From the IMG/VR virus record IMGVR_UViG_3300027816_000057: a stretch of 64,000 nt of DNA; one strand, given 5' to 3'. Below, piece by piece: positions 9,204 to 19,300 of the stretch. The position numbers and the translations under genes are program-made. Positions within the stretch are counted from its first letter, which is position 1, and each line of letters opens with the position of its first letter. Source of the stretch: a virus. Under the pieces are notes generated by a model. It was not told the DNA's origin, made no database searches, and saw only the letters and a program-made list of their open reading frames with translations.

Positions 9204-9831
9204 TAGTCACGCTGGAATTTTTTCTGGAAAACAGCAAAATTGGGCCACTTGGCCCGGTAAATGCATAGATACTATTGTAAATGTTAAATCATTTCAGCTA
9301 GGGCCAATTATAGCTTATAATTTTTACGAACATCATCTTCCGAAAGTATACGAAATTATCAACGCTGACCCCCCTTTAAAACATGATTGGTATTTATTTA
9401 CAGTAGGCGAAGTTGATTGTCGCTGGCACATACCTTTTCAGTCTGATAAGAAAAAAGTAAGATTTGAATCTGTTGTAGAGGAATGTTGTGACAGATATTT
9501 TAAAGCACTATTAGATTTAAAAAATAAAAAAATAAATGTTGCTGTATGGGGTGTACACCCGTCAACATCTTCCGGTCATAATGAAGATCCGGATAATCCT
9601 GTTTTTGGAGATTTCTTATTAAGAAACAGTATATCTGAATATTGGAATTCATATAGTGATTATTTATGTCGTTTGTACAAAATTCCGTTTATCTCAATAT
9701 ATTATGATTTATTAAATAATGATTTTACTAGAAAAGACGAGTATTTTCTAGATTATTGTCATTTATCTGAAAAAGCTTTACCTATTATTAAAGGAAAAAT
9801 TAATTCATGGATTCCAGAATTGCATCTATAA
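9184..9831 (+). CDS. SGNH/GDSL-like esterase or acyltransferase
   Basis: IGNSH block I, GEVDCR, C-terminal DYCHL (DxxH). Confidence 0.6.
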   Translation: MLRVIGNSHAGIFSGKQQNWATWPGKCIDTIVNVKSFQLGPIIAYNFYEHHLPKVYEIINADPPLKHDWYLFTVGEVDCRWHIPFQSDKKKVRFESVVEECCDRYFKALLDLKNKKINVAVWGVHPSTSSGHNEDPDNPVFGDFLLRNSISEYWNSYSDYLCRLYKIPFISIYYDLLNNDFTRKDEYFLDYCHLSEKALPIIKGKINSWIPELHL

Positions 9832-10535
9832 AAGAACATTTTTTAAACTGTTTTGAAGAACTTAATTACGAGTGGCTACACAAAGAACAAAAAATACAGC
9901 ATCCAATACATAACGGAAAACAAATAGTAACATATGCAGTATTACACAATTTAGTTAAGTTTCTTAAACCGAAAAAAATCCTAGAAATAGGCACTTGGGA
10001 ATATCATTCAGCGAATGTTATGGCTCTAGCCTCCGATTCGGTACAAAGAATAGATACTTTTGATATAAGAAGCGGTGGTTATAACGGAAATACAAATGCG
10101 GTTAAAAGATCAAATAAGATCGATAATTACGTTTGGCGACCATTTCACACTTCTTATGATTGTTGGAAATACGAAAACTCGGATTTAAAAGATTTCATTT
10201 ATATGAGTAATGGTCAAATTTTTGAATTTAATTTAGCTCAATTAAAATCGGTCTGTGGTTTTTACTCTGATCCTCCAGAGGACAAATATGATTTTATTTT
10301 TATTGACGGAGATCATTCATATAAAGGTTTAGAATTCGATTTATCTTTAGTTCATCATGTAGCATCAAAAAATGCAATTATAGTAATTGATAATATTCTT
10401 GATGAAAGACTGTCAGATGTTAATAAAATGTGGCAAAATATAGTAGAGACTAACAAATATCTAACATATGATTTTTCTGATTGGAATCAAAAAGAAAAAG
10501 ACAGAATCATAGAAATGGGTATTATTATTATATGA
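9807..10535 (+). CDS. class I SAM methyltransferase (Methyltransf_24-like)
   Basis: ILEIGTW, YDFIFIDGDHSY, IVIDN. Confidence 0.8.
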   Translation: MDSRIASIKEHFLNCFEELNYEWLHKEQKIQHPIHNGKQIVTYAVLHNLVKFLKPKKILEIGTWEYHSANVMALASDSVQRIDTFDIRSGGYNGNTNAVKRSNKIDNYVWRPFHTSYDCWKYENSDLKDFIYMSNGQIFEFNLAQLKSVCGFYSDPPEDKYDFIFIDGDHSYKGLEFDLSLVHHVASKNAIIVIDNILDERLSDVNKMWQNIVETNKYLTYDFSDWNQKEKDRIIEMGIIII

Positions 10536-11218
10536 TAACAAGAAGCGAAATTGTAGATAAATGTCCTAATCTAGTTTGCGTAGATCACGGAGAGGGTAAT
10601 GCTCATAAAGCATTAAAAATGAATAATCACGATCTTCCTATTTCTATAAGTGAAAAAGAAATACAGTATTTAATAAATTATATTCAAGATAATAAATTAA
10701 AATACGGTTTTGATTTAGCAACAGCTTTTGGTATTTCCGCACTAGCTTTAAGTCTAGGGGTGTTAAAAAATAATGGATATGTAATAAGCATGGACTGTTA
10801 TGCAGAAGAGAAAAACCAAAAAATGCCATACGGAGAATCGGAATTAAATTCTGATTGGCAAAACAGCGATGGTTATAAAACCGCGTCATATATAAAAAAT
10901 AAATTTGAATTAAATAATCTTTTTTTAGAAGCAGGGGTTAACCCAAAAGATACAGACAGTAAACTAAAAGTATTTACAGAAAATTATTCTAAAATAGATA
11001 TTGCGATTTTAGATTGTCCAAAAAATGACGAAGATTTTATAAACACTTGGAAAGTATTAATACAATATCTAGATGATAGATTTGCTGTTTTTGTACATGA
11101 TACGCACGCCTTTCGTGGATCAGCTAAAGAATTTTTGGAAAAAGAATACGGTTTAACGTGGCGTAATGTCATGCCTGAAGAAAGATATCCGTTTGTTGTT
11201 ATAGAAAAAAATATATGA
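10532..11218 (+). CDS. class I SAM methyltransferase
   Basis: FDLATAFGISA, IDIAILD, VFVHD; probable start 10532 (ATGA overlap). Confidence 0.7.
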   Translation: MITRSEIVDKCPNLVCVDHGEGNAHKALKMNNHDLPISISEKEIQYLINYIQDNKLKYGFDLATAFGISALALSLGVLKNNGYVISMDCYAEEKNQKMPYGESELNSDWQNSDGYKTASYIKNKFELNNLFLEAGVNPKDTDSKLKVFTENYSKIDIAILDCPKNDEDFINTWKVLIQYLDDRFAVFVHDTHAFRGSAKEFLEKEYGLTWRNVMPEERYPFVVIEKNI

Positions 11219-11832
11219 AATGGACAATAGGAATTGTTTTTGGACCAAACTATCCTCTTTATAGAAATACTATCATAGAAAGTATCAAGCAAAATTTTGA
11301 CGGAGACAATTGCCAGATTATCGAAATAGGAAAAGTCAACTCAATAATACCTCCAACTTTTATTGATGATCTTTTAATTAATTTTGACGACGATGATAAA
11401 CCGGCGTGGATAACTAAAAAAAAGAATTTAGTAGCTCAAAACGCCAAATATGAAAACTTATGTATAATGCACGATTATATCATACTTAATGATAATTGGC
11501 TAAATGGATTTAAAGATTTTTACGATTGGGATGTTTGTATGAATCCAATCTACACAATCGATAATTTAAGATTTAGAGATTGGGTAACTTGGGAACCCGT
11601 CACTTTTGTAGACTATAAAGACCAGTCTAAGACGCAAGATATGTATGTTAGCGGCTCCTATTTTTGCGTTAAAAAACAATTTTTACTAGACAATCCTTTA
11701 GACGAGACTAAAAGATGGGGTGAAAGCGAAGATGTAGAATGGTCATTAAGATGTAGAAAAAAGTGGAATTATAAATGTAATTCAAATTCTAGTGTTAGAT
11801 TACTAAAATGGAAGGACCGCTATCCAATATGA
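11215..11832 (+). CDS. glycosyltransferase family 2-like
   Basis: WITKKKN, CIMHDY, SGSYF, WGESEDVEWS.R. Confidence 0.7.
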   Translation: MKWTIGIVFGPNYPLYRNTIIESIKQNFDGDNCQIIEIGKVNSIIPPTFIDDLLINFDDDDKPAWITKKKNLVAQNAKYENLCIMHDYIILNDNWLNGFKDFYDWDVCMNPIYTIDNLRFRDWVTWEPVTFVDYKDQSKTQDMYVSGSYFCVKKQFLLDNPLDETKRWGESEDVEWSLRCRKKWNYKCNSNSSVRLLKWKDRYPI

Positions 11833-12515
11833 GATTATATCACGCTCTTTTTCTTACGGTAGTATTATCTGTTTTATTTTGTTTTAGCCTTTTTTCTTTA
11901 GGTGTGTATGGTCCACACAATCAAAAAGAGAATAGTATAGAATATGTTGGTTTTTTGGAAAATACTAAAACTGGTTTTATAGGAACAGCTACTGCAGTAG
12001 GACCAAATACTATTATAAGTTGCCACCATCTTAATATAAATTTAGATGAAAATTTAAGATATTTTTATAACAATAGTGGATCAAAAATTATAGGAATAAG
12101 AAGATATCCTGAATTAGATTTAATTGTAATAACAACCGAAAAAAATATACCTTATCGAAAAATCGATAAAAACATTGTTTTAGAAAAAGATTTAAATTTT
12201 GTCGGTTACGGTGCTGGTGTAACCGGAACAATGAAAGAAAAGGGAGAGATTTCAATCTTATGGCGTACTGGAAAAATAAATTATTTTAATTCTAATATTT
12301 ACAATATAGAAAATGATACTATATCTTTTAAATTAAACAAACCAGAAGATGGCATGATACTATACGGAGATTCTGGCGGATGTATTGTTGTTAACGGTAG
12401 TCCGGTTGGTATGTTTCAATCATTTGCTAAATCTCAAGATTCGGACGGCAATCATAAATATACTGGATACGCTTTAGACTTAAGAAAATATTACGATTTA
12501 ATATATGGAAAATAA
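11829..12515 (+). CDS. secreted or membrane-anchored trypsin-like serine protease
   Basis: Hydrophobic N-terminus; triad motifs ISCHH, ELDL, GDSGG. Confidence 0.7.
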   Translation: MRLYHALFLTVVLSVLFCFSLFSLGVYGPHNQKENSIEYVGFLENTKTGFIGTATAVGPNTIISCHHLNINLDENLRYFYNNSGSKIIGIRRYPELDLIVITTEKNIPYRKIDKNIVLEKDLNFVGYGAGVTGTMKEKGEISILWRTGKINYFNSNIYNIENDTISFKLNKPEDGMILYGDSGGCIVVNGSPVGMFQSFAKSQDSDGNHKYTGYALDLRKYYDLIYGK

Positions 12516-13173
12516 TAAAATAACTTTCGTTATTAGAGGAAGATATGAAGAACAATTTAAATTATGCTATAATCACATTAAACAATTTTATCCAGAAAGT
12601 AAAATTATTCTTTCTAGCTGGATTGATCAAATACAATCATATTTATCTTGCGGTCTTGAATTTGACCAAATTGTTTTAGATACCGATCCAAAAAATATTA
12701 ACAGACAATCTCTAGCATCTTTTAATGGTATAAAAAACGCAAAGACCGAATACGTTTGCGTTTTAAGACCAGATATTTTGCTATTAAATCAACTACCTAT
12801 ACCCAAGAGCGACAGCATACTTGTTTCTGATTGTTACACTATTAATCCTTTTACAAATCATGAAAAACTCATGTTTCATGTATCGGATTGGTTGTATTTT
12901 GGTAAAAAATATCAACTAGCTTCTTTATTTAGTCACGCCCTTAATCCAACGGAATATAAATGTAGACCAGAACAATTTCCAATTTTAAATTGGCTAAATA
13001 TCACTGATTGGAAAGACGACCATGAATTTTCTATTGAGATACAAAGAAAATATAATAATATGTTATTCAATTATTTTGAAATAATAAACGCGAACGAACC
13101 TAATACATTTATAATGGCTAAATATCCATATGTTAAAGCGGATGGACAGCACTTTTTAAGAGAAATAAAATGA
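12505..13173 (+). CDS. WavE-like polysaccharide synthesis protein
   Basis: ITFVIRG, IILSSW, NINRQ, LRPD, FHVSDWLYFG, PEQ. Confidence 0.7.
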   Translation: MENNKITFVIRGRYEEQFKLCYNHIKQFYPESKIILSSWIDQIQSYLSCGLEFDQIVLDTDPKNINRQSLASFNGIKNAKTEYVCVLRPDILLLNQLPIPKSDSILVSDCYTINPFTNHEKLMFHVSDWLYFGKKYQLASLFSHALNPTEYKCRPEQFPILNWLNITDWKDDHEFSIEIQRKYNNMLFNYFEIINANEPNTFIMAKYPYVKADGQHFLREIK

Positions 13174-13778
13174 TAAAAGCGGTATTTTTTGATTTAGATG
13201 GCGTTTTAGTGGATATGTGTGAGCTTCATAAAAACGCTCTTAATAGAGCATTACAAGAAATAGAAGGTTTCGTTATTAGCGAAGCTGATCATTATTCTAT
13301 TTATAACGGTCTTCCAACTCTACAAAAATTAAAAAAGATGGTTCACAACAATATAATTCAAGAAGATAATGTTAAAAAAATTAATCAATTGAAACAATTG
13401 TATACCGAACATTATATTAATGAATATATTAAACCTGATTTTAATAAAACCGAACTGTTGAGAAAATTAAAACTTGAAGACAAAGTTATAGCGTGTGTAA
13501 CAAATAGTACTCGATCAACGGCTATTATGATGTTAAAACATGCTAAATTATGGAATGATATTGATTTTCTAATAGCTAACGATGATACCACTAATCCTAA
13601 GCCGTCGCCTGATCCTTATATCTTAGCTTGGAATAAAAGTAAATTAGAAAAGAAAGAAATTGTAGTATTTGAGGATAATGCTTATGGTATACAATCCGCC
13701 GAATCAGCAGGATTAAACTGTGTTCCCGTGTCTGATTATTCGGCAGTCAACTACGATTTTGTAAGAAAATACCTATGA
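13170..13778 (+). CDS. HAD-family phosphatase
   Basis: FDLDGVLVD, VTNS, KPSPDPY, VFEDN..GI.SA. Confidence 0.85.
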   Translation: MIKAVFFDLDGVLVDMCELHKNALNRALQEIEGFVISEADHYSIYNGLPTLQKLKKMVHNNIIQEDNVKKINQLKQLYTEHYINEYIKPDFNKTELLRKLKLEDKVIACVTNSTRSTAIMMLKHAKLWNDIDFLIANDDTTNPKPSPDPYILAWNKSKLEKKEIVVFEDNAYGIQSAESAGLNCVPVSDYSAVNYDFVRKYL

Positions 13779-14557
13779 ATATAATCATACCAGCAGCCGG
13801 AAAAGGTCAAAGATTTATAGACGCAGGCTTTAAGACGCCTAAGCCTTTTATAGAACCACTAGGTAATCCATTCCATAGTAATTTAAACTTATTGGAAATG
13901 GCAATTATTTCTTGCTGCGATCTTTCAAGCATTAAATTCCATATTATAGTAAATAAAGATCATAAAAGCTATATAGAAAATTTAAATACTGCGGAAAAAT
14001 TCTCTAATTATCATAATATAGATAATTTAGATATTAATTATATTTACGTTGACCAATTAACAAGCGGTGCAGCAGAAACCTGTTTAAAAGCAAAAAACTT
14101 TATCAATAACGACGATCCTCTACTTATAATCAATTCTGATCAATTTATAGACGATGGATTTTGGTTAAACAGACTAATTATTAATAGCAATTTTAAAAAA
14201 GCTGACGGTTCTATTGCCTGTTTTCCAAACAATCATCCTAAATGGTCTTATGTTAAAATCCAAGACGGATTAATAACTCAGGTAAAAGAAAAAGAACTTA
14301 TTTCCGAATTTGCTACTGTTGGTGCATACTATTGGAAAAACGGTAGTGATTTTGTGTGGTCTGCTGAAGAAATGATTAATAAAAATATCAGAGTAAATAA
14401 TGAATTTTATGTAGCACCATCTTATAATGAATTGATAATAAAAGGTAAAAAAATAATACCATTCTTTATTAATAATTTTTGGCCTCTAGGAACCCCGGAA
14501 GATTTGAGAAAATTTGAGGAAGTGCATGACGAACGTAAAAATTTTCAATTTGAGTGA
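13775..14557 (+). CDS. sugar-phosphate nucleotidyltransferase
   Basis: IPAAGKGQRF...PKPFI, TSGAAET, NSDQ, NNEFYVAP, LGTPEDL. Confidence 0.85.
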   Translation: MNIIIPAAGKGQRFIDAGFKTPKPFIEPLGNPFHSNLNLLEMAIISCCDLSSIKFHIIVNKDHKSYIENLNTAEKFSNYHNIDNLDINYIYVDQLTSGAAETCLKAKNFINNDDPLLIINSDQFIDDGFWLNRLIINSNFKKADGSIACFPNNHPKWSYVKIQDGLITQVKEKELISEFATVGAYYWKNGSDFVWSAEEMINKNIRVNNEFYVAPSYNELIIKGKKIIPFFINNFWPLGTPEDLRKFEEVHDERKNFQFE

Positions 14558-14900
14558 TTTTAAAAACGGCTGGTTAACAGGAAAATTTAAACCGTCTTTA
14601 TTTAATTCAAATATTGAAGTAGGTTATCGTAAATATACTACTTTAGAAAAATCCAACGATAAACCTCATTATCACGCGAAAACAAACGAGTACAATCTAG
14701 TTATTTCGGGTACAGTTTCTTTTCAGGTTAAAAAGAATAAAAGATACGCTCATTGGAAAACATATAAAGTTTTACCGGGTCAAATAATAAAAATTCCTAA
14801 AAATACTATTACTAGATTTTGGAATTTTGACGAAACCGAAATTTTATGTATTAAAGATAAATCTTATAAAAAAGTCGATAAAATCGAATTACTTAGCTAA
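14526..14900 (+). CDS. cupin-domain protein
   Basis: GWLTGKF.PS, PHYH...EYN.VISG cupin motif. Confidence 0.7.
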   Translation: MTNVKIFNLSDFKNGWLTGKFKPSLFNSNIEVGYRKYTTLEKSNDKPHYHAKTNEYNLVISGTVSFQVKKNKRYAHWKTYKVLPGQIIKIPKNTITRFWNFDETEILCIKDKSYKKVDKIELLS

Positions 14901-15212
14901 AGCTTGTTTATCTTCTAGGTTTTTAATTCTTAATTCTATAAGAGCTAGTTGTTTATCTAAAAGATTTAATTTTGTGTCATTAATTTTTTGATCAGATTCA
15001 AGTTTTGCACCAAATTTGTCAATAACTATTTCTATAGATGTAAATTTTTTATTCGTCTCTTCGAATTTAGAAGCCATATTTAAAATAGCGTTTGTTACAT
15101 CTTTATTTTGAAGTTGATTATTATAAAAAGTGCTACCTGTCCAAGTCAATATAGCGACAATTAAGGCAACAAGAACGTTTAAACTTATTTTATTTAATAA
15201 TTCTTTATTCAT
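14889..15212 (-). CDS. single-TM coiled-coil protein (holin/spanin-like position at the end of the late operon)
   Basis: Hydrophobic VLVALIVAILTW followed by coiled coil; function unproven. Confidence 0.45.
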   Translation of the reverse strand: MNKELLNKISLNVLVALIVAILTWTGSTFYNNQLQNKDVTNAILNMASKFEETNKKFTSIEIVIDKFGAKLESDQKINDTKLNLLDKQLALIELRIKNLEDKQALAK

Positions 15213-15227
15213 CGGAAAACTCACGAA

Positions 15228-15833
15228 TTAAATATATTCTAATTCAAACCATAAACCAAAATTAGTTTTTGATCCTACGCTGGATGGACTAGCAGAAAGA
15301 GCTACATAATAATCGTGTCTAGTGGAGGCACCGGGTATTTGACCGTTGGTGCCGGGACTATTAGATAAAGTTAAAACTGATCCAGAGCCAGATAATTGAG
15401 TCCAAGATGTACTTCCAGATCCTGTTGGTGTAACAGCAAGCCAAGGATGTATTAATTCAGCCGCTTGAAAAGTTAAACCAGAAGGCGGATTGTTTTTATT
15501 AGAGCGATCGTATCCGTATAATTTAGCGTTTTGTGTTTGTATAGATGTATCTGAGTTGATTCGTATATTTAAACTAGCTAAATAATTTGGAATTCCTCTT
15601 AAATGTAATCCTGAAACTGAATTAACATTTCCACTATTAGCGGAAATATACTTTACGTTATCTCCAATTGGACCCTGAGTAGTTCCGTTTGAATTGGTGA
15701 CGTAAGTAGTATCCTGATAAGAACCTATTTGTACTGCATTTCCAAATGAAGAACCGTAAAACCCTAAACCTGATCCGTTTAGAGTAGTAAAATTAGCATT
15801 TTGCCCAACCCAAAATTCTATAGAAGTCGCCAT
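15228..15833 (-). CDS. putative virion structural protein (Ser/Gly/Thr-rich)
   Basis: Beta-rich composition, late operon, late-promoter motif 5 nt upstream of the ATG. Confidence 0.55.
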   Translation of the reverse strand: MATSIEFWVGQNANFTTLNGSGLGFYGSSFGNAVQIGSYQDTTYVTNSNGTTQGPIGDNVKYISANSGNVNSVSGLHLRGIPNYLASLNIRINSDTSIQTQNAKLYGYDRSNKNNPPSGLTFQAAELIHPWLAVTPTGSGSTSWTQLSGSGSVLTLSNSPGTNGQIPGASTRHDYYVALSASPSSVGSKTNFGLWFELEYI

Positions 15834-15848
15834 AATTAATTATACACT

Positions 15849-16304
15849 TTATATACCTACCTCTTTATCGCCAGAATGATAAAGATTATCCTTAGTTTTT
15901 TGTAAATCTTTATTAATTGTTAAATGAGTCCATTTAGAAAGAGGACATTTATCTGTTTGAGTTTTACATATAATAAAACATCCGCATGGTGCGTTTTCTT
16001 TTGCGGGATCGGGAGCCATACACTGTGATTTACTAGTTAATTCACCTTTTTCATTTTTTGTTGAATGCTCGCATAAACGACAAACGTCTCTATTTTTAAC
16101 AATTTCTTCATCAGTATATAAAGTCTGTCCGGTAAGACATTTAACAATACCCGTTAGTCCGTCTCTAAACCAATTAAAAGGATTAGGATTTTGAGACGCG
16201 GCTTCTTTTAAATTTTTAACTACACCGCCAATATTATGCTGGTGAACAACCTGACTTGGAAAAATAGGTTTTGTGCCTTTATTACCGCAACTAGAACATG
16301 CCAT
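15849..16304 (-). CDS. Cys-rich small protein (DUF6171-like)
   Basis: MACSSCG; R..C..C...C...CGC...K...CP..KW pattern; AAGGAG RBS. Confidence 0.6.
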   Translation of the reverse strand: MACSSCGNKGTKPIFPSQVVHQHNIGGVVKNLKEAASQNPNPFNWFRDGLTGIVKCLTGQTLYTDEEIVKNRDVCRLCEHSTKNEKGELTSKSQCMAPDPAKENAPCGCFIICKTQTDKCPLSKWTHLTINKDLQKTKDNLYHSGDKEVGI

Positions 16305-16314
16305 ATATTACTCC

Positions 16315-19300
16315 TTAACAAACAGGTGAACCGTATTCTGCACTACTATAAGCATAACTATAGTTTGAATAGCCGCAAATCCAAGATGAGTTTTCTCTCC
16401 AAGATAAAATATAGTTTAAAGTTTTTGAATTTTGACTACCGACAGGACATGCGTTACAAGTAACAGAACCTTGTTCATAAGAACCGTTTTCTTCATAATT
16501 TCCAGTAGTATGAAATTCATCTAATCCTCCACCGTAAATACCTAAAGTTCCTCCGCATCCGGGTCCGTCTCTAGTTGTAATTACAGTAGATGACCAGCTA
16601 GCACTAATACTGCCGCACGGTATATTATTAACGGTAGCATTAAAATCAGAAACCGTTTTAACTAATTGCGATAAATTACATTGAAAATTAGGACCAGCAT
16701 CAGGAGGATATCTACAACTTTCTGACTCTGAATGAGATGATCCCGCCGCAGGATAACCTCCACCACCTCCGCAACCTTCAACAGTAAAAGTACTACTAGA
16801 ACAAACGGTACACGGCGATACATAAGTAGCACCATCCCAATCTGGTGCCGTTGGTCCGCTACAAGTATAATTTAAAGTATTAGTAGTTTGTATTGTGCCG
16901 CGAGCGTCTCCTTCTCTACATCCACAGCAGGCATCGATAGACGCATTAAAAACGTGATTAAATGAATAATCGCCAGAATTATTTACTTTTGGTCTAGCAT
17001 ATACTCTACCTACCGGTAAAATATAGCTTTCGCATTCTCCGGTGTAAACATCTAAAAATGGATTGGTGTCTGTAACCAAGCACATACCTGCCCATTGCCC
17101 GGTATCACTAATAGTTTTGCTATAACTAATAGTATATGTGCAAGGACAAACATACGGCCCATTTCTTAACTCTTCGTCATTTGGGGCACATTTAAAGAAA
17201 CACCCACAACATTTACTGGCACAATTGATATCTATTCGCTCTGATTCCGCTGTTCCTCGTAAATCACCAATAGTCAAAGGATTAACTATTGGTCTAAAAA
17301 TAGCTCTTAGTTCTTGGCCTAATCTTGGTCCAAGAATATTACACCTGACTTTATCTGCTGGTAAAGCAGGAAAAACTCCATATATCGTATCCCAAGCGGT
17401 ACATTGAGGATATACAGGTGAGTCTAATCCGGCTGCTACATCGTTAGAAACATCGTATAAATTAACTGAACAAAAAGCAGGATTTCCTCTTTTTAAAACA
17501 TAAGAAACCGGAGGCCATTCTCTAGGAATATCTTCTTTTTTAACTCTTAAAGCAGAAACAGGATCAATATATTGGCACCATCCAACACATTCTGCACAAA
17601 AGGCAGTTGTTCTATAACTACTAAAAGGAATAGAATTAATAGGATCGTAATATGATGTATAATTTTTTTGTTCGGTAAAAAATGATCTACCGCATGTCCA
17701 TTTTAAAGCCGCAGTTGAAGGCGTAATAAACCCTTCAGGATCAAATGGTAAATCAGCTAATCCATCAGAATATTGTACTGCGTATGTACTATCACCGCAA
17801 TATTGAGCTAAATATATATTTCCGTCAGTATTTTGCACAATCTGCATAGGAACTTTAACCAACATAGGAATATCGCATTCTGGATGGAATGTGTATTCAC
17901 AAATATATAAATCGGGCTGAGTTATCCAATACGATCCATAAGTTGATTTATTAGCTTGACTGTTTCCCGGTTGATTGTATAAATGAGGTCCATTATCACA
18001 ACCCGCTTCGTTTGAACAATCGCATCTGGTTGTTTTTAAATACCATTCCGTTTTACAAATTTCGCTATCGCATCCGTAGTTAGCGAATGTGCCACCTATA
18101 ATAAATTCATCGCCATTACAGTTAATTGTTTCATTTTCTTCAATTACCCTTGAATTAAGAGGACGACAGCCAGACATTGGCAATTCTAAAATTCTAGCAC
18201 CAAAAGAATCTTCTATGTATTCTGTTCTCTGTCTGGACCAATTTTTTAAATATCCTATAGGACTATTGAAAAGATTATGATTTTCACTATTAATTAGAGG
18301 TTCTTTATAAGACCAATTTTCAGGAGTTTCTACCGCATTTACAGCACCTGATACTGATGGTTCAAAATTAGTTGAATCCCAAAATGTACTATCGTCTAAC
18401 CAAATATCATAAGGAGTTAAAGTCTCCGAATAAACAGGCCAATAAGGAGAATCCGATGGATTATCTTTAAATGATAAATTATTTATATCCTCAGCTAAAT
18501 TAGACGTTTTATATTCTGCACCAAATTTATTTGTATTAATTCCAGTAGATTGAATTATAGTTGTTCCACTGGTTATTGTTATATTAACTACAGAATCTTG
18601 ACAATTAAATTCTATTTTATTAATATAGTCAGGTATACCGCTACCAAAAGTAACCAAGTTTACATTTGTAAGTTTACCCGGTATATTAGTAAACCAAGGG
18701 GTAAATTTACGTTCTTCATTCGGATTACCGAATCCGTTATCATTTTGTCTAAACGTTATATAATCAAGAGATTTAGGTAGTCCGTACATTCTATGACGAC
18801 CAAAAGGCGGTAATTGAGTTTTTTCTGTATTTAAAGATGTAACCGGCTGCGTTACAAATCTCAAAGGGTTTTCATATCTATCTTGCGGATAAAAACTACT
18901 GTCAGCTAATGATCTTTGAGTTTTTGTAGGCCACATACTAGAATATTTATGAGGACCAACAAAAATATCAGCTTTGCTTACAGTTACATCTGTTAAAGGA
19001 TTAGCACCTCCAAAAGACGATGTATAAGTTAACGAAGCATTATAATTTTTTACCGATCTAGCTTGATCAAAAAGTTCGTTGCTTATATTAATGATTTTAG
19101 AGGCGGGTACGTTACCAGCTTCAGTACTACCTAAACAAAAAGCGAAAATATTACACGAAGGATAATCGTCATACGCTAAAGTTTTAACATTATTAATAGC
19201 GTCAACAAAATTTCTTACAGTTTTTCCGCTACATGCAAATCTTAAAAATACTGGACCGCCGCAGTCTTCGTTATTTATTATAGTTAATCCGCTACCTACA

